Origin: Octopus bimaculoides
Taxonomy: Eukaryota
DNA length: 64,000 bases
NCBI RefSeq assembly: GCF_001194135.2
Contig: NC_068987.1
Span: forward strand, 24,112,581 to 24,176,580
Direction: 5' to 3'
Shown one piece after another: positions 24,602-36,616 of this stretch; position 1 is the stretch's first letter, and every line of letters starts with the position of its first letter. The position numbers were made by a program, and so were the translations under genes. Under the pieces are notes generated by a model. That model did not search any database. It worked only from the letters and a program-made list of their open reading frames with translations, and was not told where the DNA came from.

Positions 24602-25660
24602 TTATTCTTTTATTGTTTGTTTTGCATGTGCTTTTTCTTTATGATTAGACAAACTCCTATTCTCATTGTAAGTTTTACTACAGATATCACAATGATATGG
24701 TTTTACACCTGTGTGAACAGGTTTGTGACGATTTAAATTCTGATTATCAGCATATGATTTACCACAAATGTCACAGCTATATGGCCTCACACCTGTGTGA
24801 CCACGTATATGAAGTGTTAAATGACCTTTCCGTGAAAACATTTTACCGCAGATATCACAATGGTATGGCTTTTCACCTGTGTGAATACGCACATGTTGAG
24901 TTAAATGACCATTCTGTGAGAATGTTTTGCCACAGATATCACAGTGAAATGGTTTCTCACCAGTGTGCAAGCGTATGTGTTTAGTTAATCCACTCTTGTC
25001 AAAGAACCTTTTTTCACAGATATCACAAGGGTATGGTTTCTCACCGGTGTGAATACGTACATGTTGAGTTAAATGACCATTCACCGAGAATGTTTTACCA
25101 CAGATTTCACAACGGTATGGATTATCACCTGTGTGCATGCGTACATGCCTAATTAATGTACTGTTGTCAGAAAATGTTTTGCCACAGATATCACAGCGGT
25201 ATGGTTTGTCACCAGTATGAGTGCGTGTATGTCTAGTTAATCTACTATTACTAGAGAATGTCTTTCCACACATATCACAGTGGAATGGCTTGTCTCCTGA
25301 GTGAACATGTTTGTGATTAGTTAAATTATTACATACAGAGAAGGTTTTCCCACAGATATCACAGTGGTATGGTTTCTCACCGGTGTGAGTACGAATATGA
25401 AGTGTTAAATGACCCCTTTGGGAAAATGTTTTACCACAGATATCACAGTGAAATGGATTGTCACCTGTGTGAATGCGTACATGTTGAGTTAAATGACCAT
25501 TTGCAGAAAATGTTTTGCCACAAATGTCACAGTGGTATGGTTTCTCCCCAGTGTGAATGCGTATGTGTTTAGTTAGTATGGTTTTGCCAGAGAATGCTTT
25601 TCCACAGATATCACAGTGATATGGTTTCTTACCAGTGTGAGCATTTTTGTGATTAGTCAT
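24602..25660 (-). CDS. C2H2 ZNF gene 3, 352 aa from the first ATG, 12 intact fingers
   Basis: The ORF track start at 25762 is TTG. The first ATG (25660, MTNHKNAH, A at -3) is homologous to the gene 1 start. Confidence 0.8.
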   Translation of the reverse strand: MTNHKNAHTGKKPYHCDICGKAFSGKTILTKHIRIHTGEKPYHCDICGKTFSANGHLTQHVRIHTGDNPFHCDICGKTFSQRGHLTLHIRTHTGEKPYHCDICGKTFSVCNNLTNHKHVHSGDKPFHCDMCGKTFSSNSRLTRHTRTHTGDKPYRCDICGKTFSDNSTLIRHVRMHTGDNPYRCEICGKTFSVNGHLTQHVRIHTGEKPYPCDICEKRFFDKSGLTKHIRLHTGEKPFHCDICGKTFSQNGHLTQHVRIHTGEKPYHCDICGKMFSRKGHLTLHIRGHTGVRPYSCDICGKSYADNQNLNRHKPVHTGVKPYHCDICSKTYNENRSLSNHKEKAHAKQTIKE

Positions 25661-26110
25661 ATTATCTTTTTCAGAGAAAGTTTTGCCACAGACACCGCTG
25701 TAATATAGCTGTCTACTTGCGTGAATGGACTTCTGCAGAATGTTATAGAACAAATACAACAATATGTTTTGTCTCCTGTATGAGTAAATTTGTGAAGAAT
25801 TTATTTATCAATTTAGAGGATGTTCTCCTCCATATACCAAAGTTATATGGGCTCTCACCTGAATGAATATATTTGTGTGTAGTCAAATGATCTTGCTCAA
25901 AGAATAGTTTACTACAAGTATCACAGTGGTATACCAGTATGACATTAGTGCTTAGTCAAATTATTGTTACAGAAGAAACATTTGCCACAGATAATGTATT
26001 GCTAAATTCTTTCATCTTAGCAATTGTTTAAATTAGGTATTAGACTGAATAAATGTTTAATTGATATGATTTCTTATGTGTATCTACCAACACATGTCAG
26101 ATAATATATT
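25661..26110 (-). pseudogene. Decayed 5' part of gene 3
   Basis: Finger remnants with deletions, frameshifts and stops; ancestral ATG region missing. Confidence 0.75.
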
Positions 26111-26879
26111 TTCCACATCTCAATTACTCTGTTTATAACCTTGATTTTAATTTTACAGCAATGTGGAGTTATGGAGAACTATTACTTGTGAACTTGATAA
26201 TATCATTCTTCTGTTTCCAAAAACCGACAAATTTCTTGAATCAGCAATTTGCATTTCAATGTCACCACAAACTCTGAAATAAAAAATATATGGTAGAAAG
26301 AACAATGAAAATTTAACACGGTAGTTATTGAATGCTAAAATAACAAAGAAAGATTAGAAAATAACTACAGAGGAAAAACAACAATATGGCTATGTAGTGA
26401 AAATGAACGATCCTATGTGTGGATAGAAAAATTTAGGAAGAAGATAATATTGGGATACACAGACATAGCAAAAGATACAAGAATGTTTTTAGTGAAGCTA
26501 TATATGAATAGATATCTCAGGGACGTCATTTGCATTGAAAACTATTGTTTAGTTACTATTAATATCTTTAATACAATGAGTATTAAAAAGCTAAGAAATA
26601 ATGACATGGAAAGTAAAACAATAATAGTCAGTGAAAAATATAATTATTTTTGGAAACTCTCATCTGTTTCCAAGAAAGATAATATTTCCCCTTGGCCAGC
26701 CATATTTCCTTGTAGAATGTAAACAAAGGACTCTACTTGTATGACAGTGATGCTCATTTACAATTATCATGCAAAGTTAAGACAAGGAGAAACTAACATA
26801 CACACACACATATATCTATATATGTAAATATGTGTATATATCCTTGAATATTTATATATATATATATGTGTGTGTGTGT

Positions 26880-27197
26880 CGCCTTCCTGGCATGTGAAAA
26901 GACATTCGAGCGAGATCGTTGCCAGTGCCGCTGGACTGGCTCCTATGCAGGTGGCACGTAAAATACACCATTTTGAGTGTGGCCGTTGCCAGTACCGCCT
27001 GACTGGCCTTCATGCCGATGGCACGTAAAAGCACCCACTACACTCACGGAGTGGTTGGCGTTAGGAAGGGCATCCAGCAGTAGAAACTCTGCCAAATCAG
27101 ATTGGAGCCTGGTGTAGCCACTTGGTCCACCAGTCCTCAGTCAAATCGTCCAACCCATGCTAGCATGGAAAGCGGACGTTAAACGATGATGATGATG
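26880..27197 (+). mobile_element. Retroposon 3' region ending in (GAT)n
   Basis: ...GCGGACGTTAAACGATGATGATGATG. Longest copy of the family also seen at 6635, 35206, 49370 and 62090. Confidence 0.8.
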
Positions 27198-27899
27198 ATA
27201 TATATATATATATATATATATGTGTGTATATAATGTAAAATGTATGTGTGTAGGGCAAAAGCCTCATGGTTATATTTTTCAGTTATTTTTTGTTTTTTCA
27301 CCTTTTATTTGTTTCAGTCATTAGACTGCGGCCATGCTGGGGCACCACCTTGAAGAATTTTTAGTCGAATGTATTGGCGCCAGAATTTTTTTTTACTTTT
27401 ACTTGTTGCCATTATTAGACTATATATATATATATATATATATACATATATATAAGCTTCTTTCAGTTTCTGTCTACCTATTCTACTCACAAGACTTAGG
27501 TTGGCCCACGGCTGTAGTAGAACACATCAAACCCAAAATCATGTGGTTGGGAAGAGAATCACCCAACAATTGAAATCAAATTATCCAGTAGCTACTGTCT
27601 TATCAGCAATGTTTGCATGTCTTAACATGAAAGATGCAACTAGAATTATTTCACAGGATTATTCAGTTCATCTTAATACTCAAGAATTCTTTAATCAGTT
27701 AAAATAAGAAACATTTAGATGGTCATAATGTTTTAACTTCCCACTTCCTACATCAGTTGAATTTTGTTTATGAAGCGTATAAATTTCAATACAAGATAAT
27801 CAATCTTATCCTTCAAAAAAATAAAAAGACGGCTGATAGGCCATGTCTCAGGCTATGTGAACACTTCATTGGAGATTTTCACAATGAAGTAGTATGAAA

Positions 27900-28450
27900 T
27901 TTTTTTGGAAGTTCAGGTAAAGTTTTTCAGTGGTACAGATGTATGTAAGAATATCCTGTGAACTCATTTATTCCTCATCCTACAGAGCACCTTTACTGGC
28001 ATTAGTGAAAAAGGATGGCTGGGTTTATCCCATTGCTATCGGTTGTATACTTAGATGTCTGGCTGAGAAAATGTGTACGATGATATTGTCAAAAGTCATA
28101 TCAACCAAATATGAGCTAAACTAGTTGGTTTGGCCTTTAGTGATTAAAATGGCAATACACTTCCTGAGAAGGTATATAAACATTCAAAATGATAAAGAAA
28201 GTGTTATCATCAAAAATAATTTTAATAGTCAGAAGAGTTGTTAAAGGAGATCTCCTTTGTGTTTCAAGCACATTCAGAGACCTTCTGGCTTTTCTATGGC
28301 GATCAAACTTTGTTTTCAAAGGTAGGAGTTCAAGAAGATGATCCTCTAAGTTCCTTCCTGCCTTCTCTCATCTTTATGGATACCATTAAGAAATGTGTGC
28401 TCTAAATTTATGGTGTTTGGATGACAACACACTACAGCAAAATAAGCAAA
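27900..28450 (+). mobile_element. Degenerate RT fragment resembling CRE-clade non-LTR retrotransposons
   Basis: APLLALVKKDGWVYPIAIGCILRCL (cf. ALxKKxGGxRPIAVGxxLRRL), VGVQEDDPLSS (cf. GVQQGDPLGP) and LWCLDDNT (cf. WYLDDGT), in the correct order. Confidence 0.6.
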
Positions 28451-29108
28451 AAAACAGTTTTGCCAGGCTTCTCCCACAGACACACAAACCTTGGGTAAAA
28501 ATTAAAATTGTCAAAGTGTGAATTAATTTTCATGAATTCAGATTCTATTCAGAGACAACCAATTTTGAAAAGTTTCAAAGCTGCAACCCATGGTATCAAG
28601 CTCACTTCCATTTAAAATTTAATCCCTTTAAGAAGTCCATTCTGCTGGAAGCAAAACTTTAAAAGGTATGGTAGAGAAAGATCCCAGGCAAGATAAACAC
28701 AAACGGTGCTCTGTTGTACACAGCATTTTTATAATTAGGCAGGTGAATGCTAAAGACAGATATGAAAAAAAAAAAACAGGAACCGGCGGATTTTATGTAT
28801 ATCTCATATTCAGACGTTTTATTAAAGAACTCGTTAAATATAAACACATTCAGCATATAAACAAGATATTAGTTGAAATATGCTAACAGCAAAAAATACA
28901 TTTCCATTCAATTATTTTTTACTGATATTTTTACTTAACACGTCTGGCATAATCTACAGAGGCGAGATGTTGCAAACAATAGAGAACAAAAATGTTTGAG
29001 ATTACTTTTACAATAATTTATTAATAATATCTATGATGTATTATCTTTCTATTGCATTTTAATGTTTTGGTATTTCGTTCAAATGAATATCGATAAGCGT
29101 GCTGAACA

Positions 29109-29152
29109 TACAATAATCCCTCGACTATCGCGGGTGTTACGTTCCAAAACCT
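29109..29152 (+). mobile_element. pogo/Tigger-like terminal inverted repeat
   Basis: TA-CAATAATCCCTCGACTATCGCGGGTGTTACGTTCC resembles Tigger-type termini; only a weak partner end at ~29205-29226. Confidence 0.4.
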
Positions 29153-29605
29153 GTATTTACATACATATACTGACTGGATACAATGACCGGGTATCCAAAA
29201 TAAGAGATATGACAGTGGAACGTATTGCTTTGCCATAATTATTCAAGATTATTATGAATGGTAAACAGTTTCTAAAAGTGAACGTCACTGGTGTTTATGT
29301 TACGAAGAAGACGGAAATCTATTTGAATTTCATTTACATTTAAATAGAAATATCTGAATGTAAATAACACCTCACCATTAATATGCCATTCTGCACCCGA
29401 AATACTAAAACATAGTAACAATGAGCTAACAACAGATCAACTTACTGCATTTTGTCCTTTCTTTTCTTTTTTACTATTTGATGTAATATTAATACGAGCG
29501 GGGACGGAGCAGTGGATATTAAAAAACATAGAAAGTATCTATCATGCTCAATTAAGTAAACTAAAATGACAACACAAAACAAGCTGATGTAATGCATCAA
29601 ATCTT

Positions 29606-29624
29606 CAACATTATTTTCGTAATA
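29606..29624 (-). promoter_or_regulatory. Degenerate promoter motif of gene 3
   Basis: CAACATTATTTTCGTAATA matches 14/19 of the consensus and is preceded by GCATCAAATCTT as in gene 6; ~160 bp upstream of the donor. Confidence 0.4.
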
Positions 29625-29819
29625 TTACTTTTAAGTCGTAACGAATTTAGTGCAGTGCAGTGATCATTAAAAACGCTAATTAGAAGCACCTAATCACTCA
29701 AATAAATAATATTCTTTTCTTCTCTAGGCACAAAGCCCGAAATTTTTGGGGATTAGGTGGGGGAGGCAGTCGATTAGATCGATCACAGTACGCAACTGGG
29801 TATATTTTGACCCTTGCAC

Positions 29820-30490
29820 CCGCATGATTTTCACTAAAAAAAAAAACTCGGATTTTTTGCGTGGAATCAAGTACCCTGACCTACTAATAAGCTGCAAATC
29901 CCTTATTTTCGTTCGGAAAAAAGGCGGGGACTGACCCCCCCCCCTATTATCCCGGAATCATTGGAAATATTTTTGGTTAATGTTTACTTCTTGACTTGGA
30001 AATGAAAATAAAAAATATATATATATATACTGGAATGAATGTAAAACAATGGGTAGGAAACGAATATGAAAAAAAAATGCGCGCAAATCAACGGGAGGGT
30101 GGGGAGAGGACTTCGGAAAATTCACAATGGAGTTTTTTCAATGAAATTTTATGGAAATACCTTTCAAACGGCATAAATTACGATTATAAAGAAATTTGTG
30201 AGGGAAATCTTTTCCAAGGGAGTGGCGAGAGGACTTCGGAAAATTCACAAAATCCGAGATTTTCCTCATAACTTTTAAGGAAATGGGTTTTTTTCAATGA
30301 AATTTTATGTAAATACCTTTGTAACGGCATACATTATGTCTATAAAGTAATTTGTGGGGAAAATCTTGAGGTGGGGAGAGGACTTTCGGAAACTTTCCAA
30401 GATTCGAATTTTTCCTCGTTATATTCCGAAATCACATTCAACTTTCTACGGATACCCTAACGCAGTACTACTACACTACGTAGTGTTTAT
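29820..30490. repeat. Unclassified, relatively GC-rich repeat with internal ~120-150 bp tandem subunits
   Basis: GAGAGGACTTCGGAAAATTCAC at ~30104 and ~30226 with a variant at ~30375; TTTTTCAATGAAATTTTATG block at ~30133 and ~30290. Confidence 0.6.
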
Positions 30491-30600
30491 TTCTACCCAC
30501 TTTAAATGATTTTTAATGTTTTGGCTTCAATTTTGCTTCATTTTCAATTATTTTTACGCTTTTTTAACCCTTCGTCGTTATTCTCATTCATTCGTTACTA

Positions 30601-30637
<37 letters not shown>

Positions 30638-30665
30638 CACATGTATATATATATATATACACACT

Positions 30666-30709
<44 letters not shown>

Positions 30710-30744
30710 CAGTTGAGGAAAAACTGGTATTTTGTGAATTTTCC

Positions 30745-30898
30745 NNNNNNNNNNNNNNNNNNNNNNNNNNNNNNNNNNNNNNNNNNNNNNNNNNNNNNNN
30801 NNNNNNNNNNNNNNNNNNNNNNNNNNNNNNNNNNNNNNNNNNNNNNNNNNNNNNNNNNNNNNNNNNNNNNNNNNNNNNNNNNNNNNNNNNNNNNNNNN
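30745..30898. other. Assembly gap (N run)
   Basis: Run of N. Confidence 1.
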
Positions 30899-31089
30899 AA
30901 ACCCTTTTTGGGGTCCGGAAAATGGGGTGTGGTGGGATGGGGGTAAAACCCTTGGAAATTTTCACCCTACCCCCATTTTCAAATATTTTTTGCTATTTCT
31001 TTCTTTACCCATAATTTTAGATAACATTTTGCAGAAATACGTTTTCGAGAGAGTGTTGATTACATTAGATTGAAAATTCAAAGAAGTTT

Positions 31090-31828
31090 GAAATGAATAA
31101 GTGAAAATGCAGAGGTTATAGAAGTTAGTGGTAATGAAGTGTGTGGAGAGATAACGAATGATAAATTAAATGATAAATGATGAAAAAACATGTTAGAGTT
31201 TTTGAATGTATGTGTGAAATGAAGTAAAAATATATTAAAACAAAATATCTTTTTCCTACCTCTTAAAATCACTGGATATAAAATATATAATAATCCTGGA
31301 TTGCAGAATAGATTTGAAAACTAAAGCATTTTCCCTTTGCACCAAGGTGAGTTTCATTTTTGTGTGGAGAGAGAGAGAGAGTGAGTGAGAGAGAGAGAGA
31401 GAGAGAGTGAGTGAGAGAGAGAGAGAGAGAGAGTGAGTGACAGAAACAGAGAGTGAGTGGGTGACGAAGATTACCTAAACTTTGAATGGAGTAACAATAT
31501 CATAATTATATATATCATTATATATCATCATCGTTTAACCTCTCTCTCTCTACCCACACAAAAATGAAACTCATTTTGGTGCCAAAAATTGCAAAGGGAA
31601 AATGCGTTAGTTTTTCAAATCTATTCTGCAATCTGGGATTATTATATTATATCCAGTGATTTTAAGAGGTAGGAAAATGATATTTTGTTTTAATATATTT
31701 TTACTTCATTTCACAAATAGATGCAAAAACTCTAACGTGTGTTTTTTAGATGAATTTATCGTCCATTATCTCTCCACACACTTCATTACCACTAACTTCT
31801 ATAACCTGCATATCTTTATCATTTTCAG
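31090..31828. repeat. Long inverted repeat, arms ~31090-31380 and ~31540-31828, around a (GA)n spacer
   Basis: Arms are reverse complements with high identity; mirrored ORFs MILRGRK.IFCFNIFLLHFT occur on opposite strands. Confidence 0.9.
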
Positions 31829-34800
31829 AGTCGGAGCCCATATGAATGGAAGATGAGATATGTGTGGAAGGAAAAAAAATGTATAAAGAATAACAATTTT
31901 TTTTTTTTGATGAGACTATATATTGGTTACCAAGGGACACCACCTGAATATAACAGTTGGTGTTAGGAAGGGCATCCAGCCATAGAAACCATGTCAAATC
32001 AGACTAGAGTCTGGTGCAGCTCCCCAACTCATAAAATGCTGTCTTTGTTTAATTTAATTTTAAAAAGTAAAAATATCTTTCTCATAATTTAGCTGATGCA
32101 TGGACCAAAAATTGACATGGAATTTCCTTATCTGCATGTGTATGTTTGTGTTTCCTTGTTTTTACATCACATAAGATTGTAAACAAGCATTAATTATTTG
32201 TTACCAAATAATGTGGTAAAAGCTTTTTTTCCAGAATTAATGTAGGACTTTGAAAACACGTCACAGATCATCTATCTTCTGATAATGTTGCAGCAATAGT
32301 TTCGTCAGTAGCACCTGTCTCTATTAGTAAAAGGTAAAGTGTGGTCATTTACAGTAACCACAGCCTGTTTGATACAATTTTTAATAGAGTTGATGCAATT
32401 TACAGTATTTTCAGACAGAAGGAAATTTGCACAATAATCAGTTTGTCTTTATCTTTTAGTCATAAGGGTTGGCAATACTCTTTACAGGGACTCTAAAACA
32501 GGTAGGGGAAGGGAGATATCCTCAAACTGGAGACCAAGAACAAGTCCTTGCAATTGAGTGAACTCTGCAAAAGACACCAAAGATGCCAAGTGGTAGTGTT
32601 AAAAGGGATAAGGGATTAAGGCTACCACCCAAGCAGGCTATGGCAGGAGTTGAACTCAGAATGGAGAGAGCCAGAAATTCTGCAAGACATCCAATCCAAC
32701 ATTTTTAGTTTCACCATCCATAGTCTTGTGATTGAGATTTTATTTTTTGAACAATCTGACCCTGATAATGTTTGAATATATTCAAGACTAAAAAGAATCT
32801 CATACAAATGAAGATTATTTCTTTAACCTTTATAGTTTAAATTCACAGTCATGACCAAATACAAACTCTATTGAAATTCATGTATACTTCTACCCAGGTT
32901 TTGATTTATGGAGGCATGAGTCTGGCATATGTTTCATGCGGTACTTTAACACAAGTTCTACCCGTTTTAAAAGTTATGCTTATCTATGGTTTATATCTAT
33001 TCTTCTTGTTTGTGTGAGTTTGATGGAAAGTTATTTGCAGTAGGATTTTATGACTGGATGCTCTTCCTATTACCAACCTTTACTGTCTTTTCAAGTAAGG
33101 AAATTTTTTTTTATTCCAGAAGTATTCAAAAGTACAGAGCAACCTGCTATAACATCAACTGGGTATATCAACATTAGTTTCACTCAAGCAGCAACGAGCA
33201 TGGAATATCAACATTCACACACACATGATAGGCTTCCTGCAATTTCTGTCAATTAAATTCACACACAAGGCATTGATTGGCTTGACACTTTCTCATAATA
33301 CCAGAATGCCTGTGCATATAAAAAAAATTATATAATGTCTCCAATATTACAGGCAAAACAGAAGAACTCAAAATTCAGTTTGTTTTGATTAAGTCAGGTC
33401 TGATAATGATTAGGATATACTTGAATCCTCTATATCCATAGGTTAAACTTCTTACAGATTAGAAAGAATTTGAAGGTTTGTGAAATTTGTGTGATTTCAC
33501 TACTCTGCCCTTTACATGATAACATTTAAATTAATTAAATTGTTCTGATAAAATAGATTTCAAAAATAACTCTCAAGTAAAGGAAATATGTTTCCAGTAG
33601 TTCTTCTCATAAATATTTCTTTGAAAAAAAAAAAACAAAAAAAAAACATCAACCTACTGTTACATGAAAAGCTATGAGGTCCCAAAATTGGTTTCAAATT
33701 TTTGCCACAAGACCAGCAATTTTGGGGGAGGGAGTAAGTTAATTATATTGACCTCAGTACTCAACTGGTACTTATTTTATCAACTCCAAAAAGATGAAAA
33801 CAAAATCGACCTTGGCAGAATTTGAACTCAGAAAGTAAAGATGGAGGAAATGCCACTAAGCATTTTGCCCAGCGCAGTAACAATTCTGTGAGCTGGCCAC
33901 CTTACAAGGTCCCAAGATTAAACAGTAGTTATCATAACAATTCCCTAGTTTCACTTTCTCTGATGTCACAGTCAACTGTTCATAGCATTAAAATTGTGAG
34001 AAAAGCACATGTAACCAGATATTAAGGTCATTCTATTAAGGTAACTAGGTACTAAGGTTATTCTGAATAAATCAGCGAAGAGAATCACATATTTATCATT
34101 ATTTAATGTTCATTTTCCATACTGACATAAATTGGGCAGTTTGACAGAATCTGATGAATTGTATCAAAGCTCCATTGTCAGCTTTAGCATGAATTCCATG
34201 GCTGAATGGCCTTTCTAATGCTAACTACCTGAAGAGTGTACTGCATGCCTTTTTCATACCACCAGAACTAGTGAGGTCACCAAATAACTTGCAAGACAAA
34301 AAATGAACAGGAAGGGAAAATCCTCCTTGATAAGGTAGTATTTGAGAGAGAAAAGAAGAGTGGTGGTTTTATGCCAGATGTTAAAGCTAAAGTGTGGTGG
34401 AAGGATAAGCTCAGGTGTCTCGCTATAGAGGAGATATAAGGCTACCTTTCATTATATAAGGGTGAGAGTAGTAAAAAGAAGATAGAGGTGGTAGTGGTGG
34501 GATGCTAGAGTATCTCAAGATACAAGAGAGGATACAGACAGTGGATCGAGGGCAGGGAACTTCATAAGAGTGTGATGGGAGAGCAATAGGTATAAAGATT
34601 AATTGTAAATTATAACAACTCTGACACTAACTTTCTACTAGATAAATCTACATCCACTACTTGTAGAATGTTCTGGTAAAAGGTTAAAGTAAATCTGCAG
34701 TTTATGTTTGTCTGAAAGGAAAGGAAAAAAGATATTGCAGTATGAAAGCATTAGAAATCAGTTAGATTTCTGTGTTTGAATAATCTTACTGTGTGTAAAT

Positions 34801-35205
34801 AATTTTATTGAACCCTTTCTCAATCATGTAAGTCAGCTGGTTGATATAGGACAAAACAGATTGTTTCATAATGTTAGAAATGGAAAATATTACAACAGTG
34901 TGATATATAATTTTTGTTGAAATGTTAAAAATATTTTCAAATATTTTGACACCAATCCATCTGAGACTGCCTCTGGTTCTATGATGAACACTTCTTTGTT
35001 TAAAGTGATCTAAATTAAAATCTTCCACTAAAATTTCACATTAATTTATGCTCCACAAATGAGCTTAATAATAAGTTATTTTACAAAATTATTTGTATGT
35101 TTCAAAATTAATTGAAACAAAGACAGTGTATTATTACAGAAGGGTTAAATAAAAACATTATATAAACTTTCATCCATTTTCCATTTGACAAAATTTCCTT
35201 GTATT

Positions 35206-35288
35206 CATCATCGTTTAACGTCCGACTTCCATGCTAGCATGGGTTGGACGATTTGACTGAGGACTGGCGAACCAGATGGCTACACCAG
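35206..35288 (-). mobile_element. 5'-truncated (GAT)n-tail retroposon just downstream of the gene 4 stop
   Basis: Near-identical to 6635-6729 and 27110-27197. Confidence 0.75.
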
Positions 35289-35329
35289 ATACCCAGGTGG
35301 CTTCATGAAGCAAATTCTCCCAAGCCATT

Positions 35330-36616
35330 CTATTGTTCTATGGGCAGACTTTCATGGGATTTTTGTTTATGTTTAGTTAAACTCCTACTTTCAGAATAAG
35401 TTTTACCACAGATATCACAATGATATGGTTTGACACCTGTATGAACAGGTTTGTGACGATTTAAATTCTGATTATCAGCATATGATTTACCACAAATATC
35501 ACAAGTGTATGGTCTCACACCTGTATGAACACGTACATGAAGTGTTAAATGACCTTTTTGAGAAAATGTTTTACCACAAATATCACAGTGAAATGGATTC
35601 TCGCCTGTGTGAATACGTACATGTTGGGTTAAATGACCGTTTTGAGAGAACGTTTTCCCACAGATACCACAATGATATGGCTTCTCACCAGTGTGCATGC
35701 GTATGTGTATAGTTAAGCTATTACTCTCAGAGAATCTTTTACCACAGATATCACAGTGGTATGGATTGTCACCAGTATGCATGCGTATGTGTCTAGTTAA
35801 TGCACTATTACCAGATAATGTTTTCCCACAGACATAACAACAGAATGGTTTTTCTCCTGTGTGAACTTGTTTGTGACTAGTCAAATTATTACATACAGAG
35901 AATGTTTTTCCACAGATATCACAATGGTATGGTTTCTCACCGGTGTGAGTACGCTTGTGTTTAACCATGCTTCCTCTTTGTGAGAATGTTTTCCCACAGA
36001 CATCACAGTGATATGGTTTTTCGCTTGAATGAATGTACTTGTGTCTATTTAAATCAGAACTTCGGGAAAATGTTTTAGCACAAATACCACACTGATACGG
36101 TTTCTCTCCTGTGTGAATACGTTTGTGAACAGTCAATTCACCATTTTGTGAAAATGTTTTTCCACAGATATCACAGTGATATGGTTTCTCACCTGAGTGA
36201 ATATATTTGTGTTTAGTCAAATGAGCTTGCTGAGAGAATGCTCTCCCACAAATATCACAGTGGTATGGTTTTTCACCAGTATGAATACGTTTATGCTTGG
36301 TCAAATTACCACTGTCAGAGAAAGTTTTACCACAAATTATGCATTGGTAAATTTTCTTTTCTTGCCGAACATTCTTATGCAAAGACAAAGAGTTGTTTTT
36401 AGTAATTGTTTTACTATAAATTTTAAAATATTTAAGCTTTGAGCTTGTATGAAGTAACTTTTGCTTAAATAAAGCATTAGATTGTGTGAATGTCTTTTTA
36501 ATGATGTTTGAACGATATGGTTCCTTTTGTTTATTTACACATGTCTGTTTAGGTAGGTCACTAGGTTCAGGATGTGTTTGCTCACAAACTTGACTCTCAC
36601 ACAGTTTATTCTCCAT
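35330..36616 (-). CDS. C2H2 ZNF gene 4, 428 aa, 12 fingers, MENKL leader
   Basis: Intact ORF, finger-by-finger collinear with gene 2. Confidence 0.93.
   Translation of the reverse strand: MENKLCESQVCEQTHPEPSDLPKQTCVNKQKEPYRSNIIKKTFTQSNALFKQKLLHTSSKLKYFKIYSKTITKNNSLSLHKNVRQEKKIYQCIICGKTFSDSGNLTKHKRIHTGEKPYHCDICGRAFSQQAHLTKHKYIHSGEKPYHCDICGKTFSQNGELTVHKRIHTGEKPYQCGICAKTFSRSSDLNRHKYIHSSEKPYHCDVCGKTFSQRGSMVKHKRTHTGEKPYHCDICGKTFSVCNNLTSHKQVHTGEKPFCCYVCGKTLSGNSALTRHIRMHTGDNPYHCDICGKRFSESNSLTIHIRMHTGEKPYHCGICGKTFSQNGHLTQHVRIHTGENPFHCDICGKTFSQKGHLTLHVRVHTGVRPYTCDICGKSYADNQNLNRHKPVHTGVKPYHCDICGKTYSESRSLTKHKQKSHESLPIEQ

Larger units (their letters stand above)
26274..29445 (-). other. Predicted intron 1 of gene 3
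   Basis: Donor ACTTAC at 29440-29445; acceptor CTG at 26274-26276 within the conserved leader block. Confidence 0.58.

Noticed and set aside
25661-25762. ORF-track N-terminal extension of gene 3
   Set aside because: Starts at TTG within decayed finger sequence; the first ATG is at 25660.
31078-31856. Two similar small ORFs (MILRGRK...) on opposite strands
   Set aside because: A by-product of the inverted repeat; non-ATG starts and low-complexity AT-rich translation.
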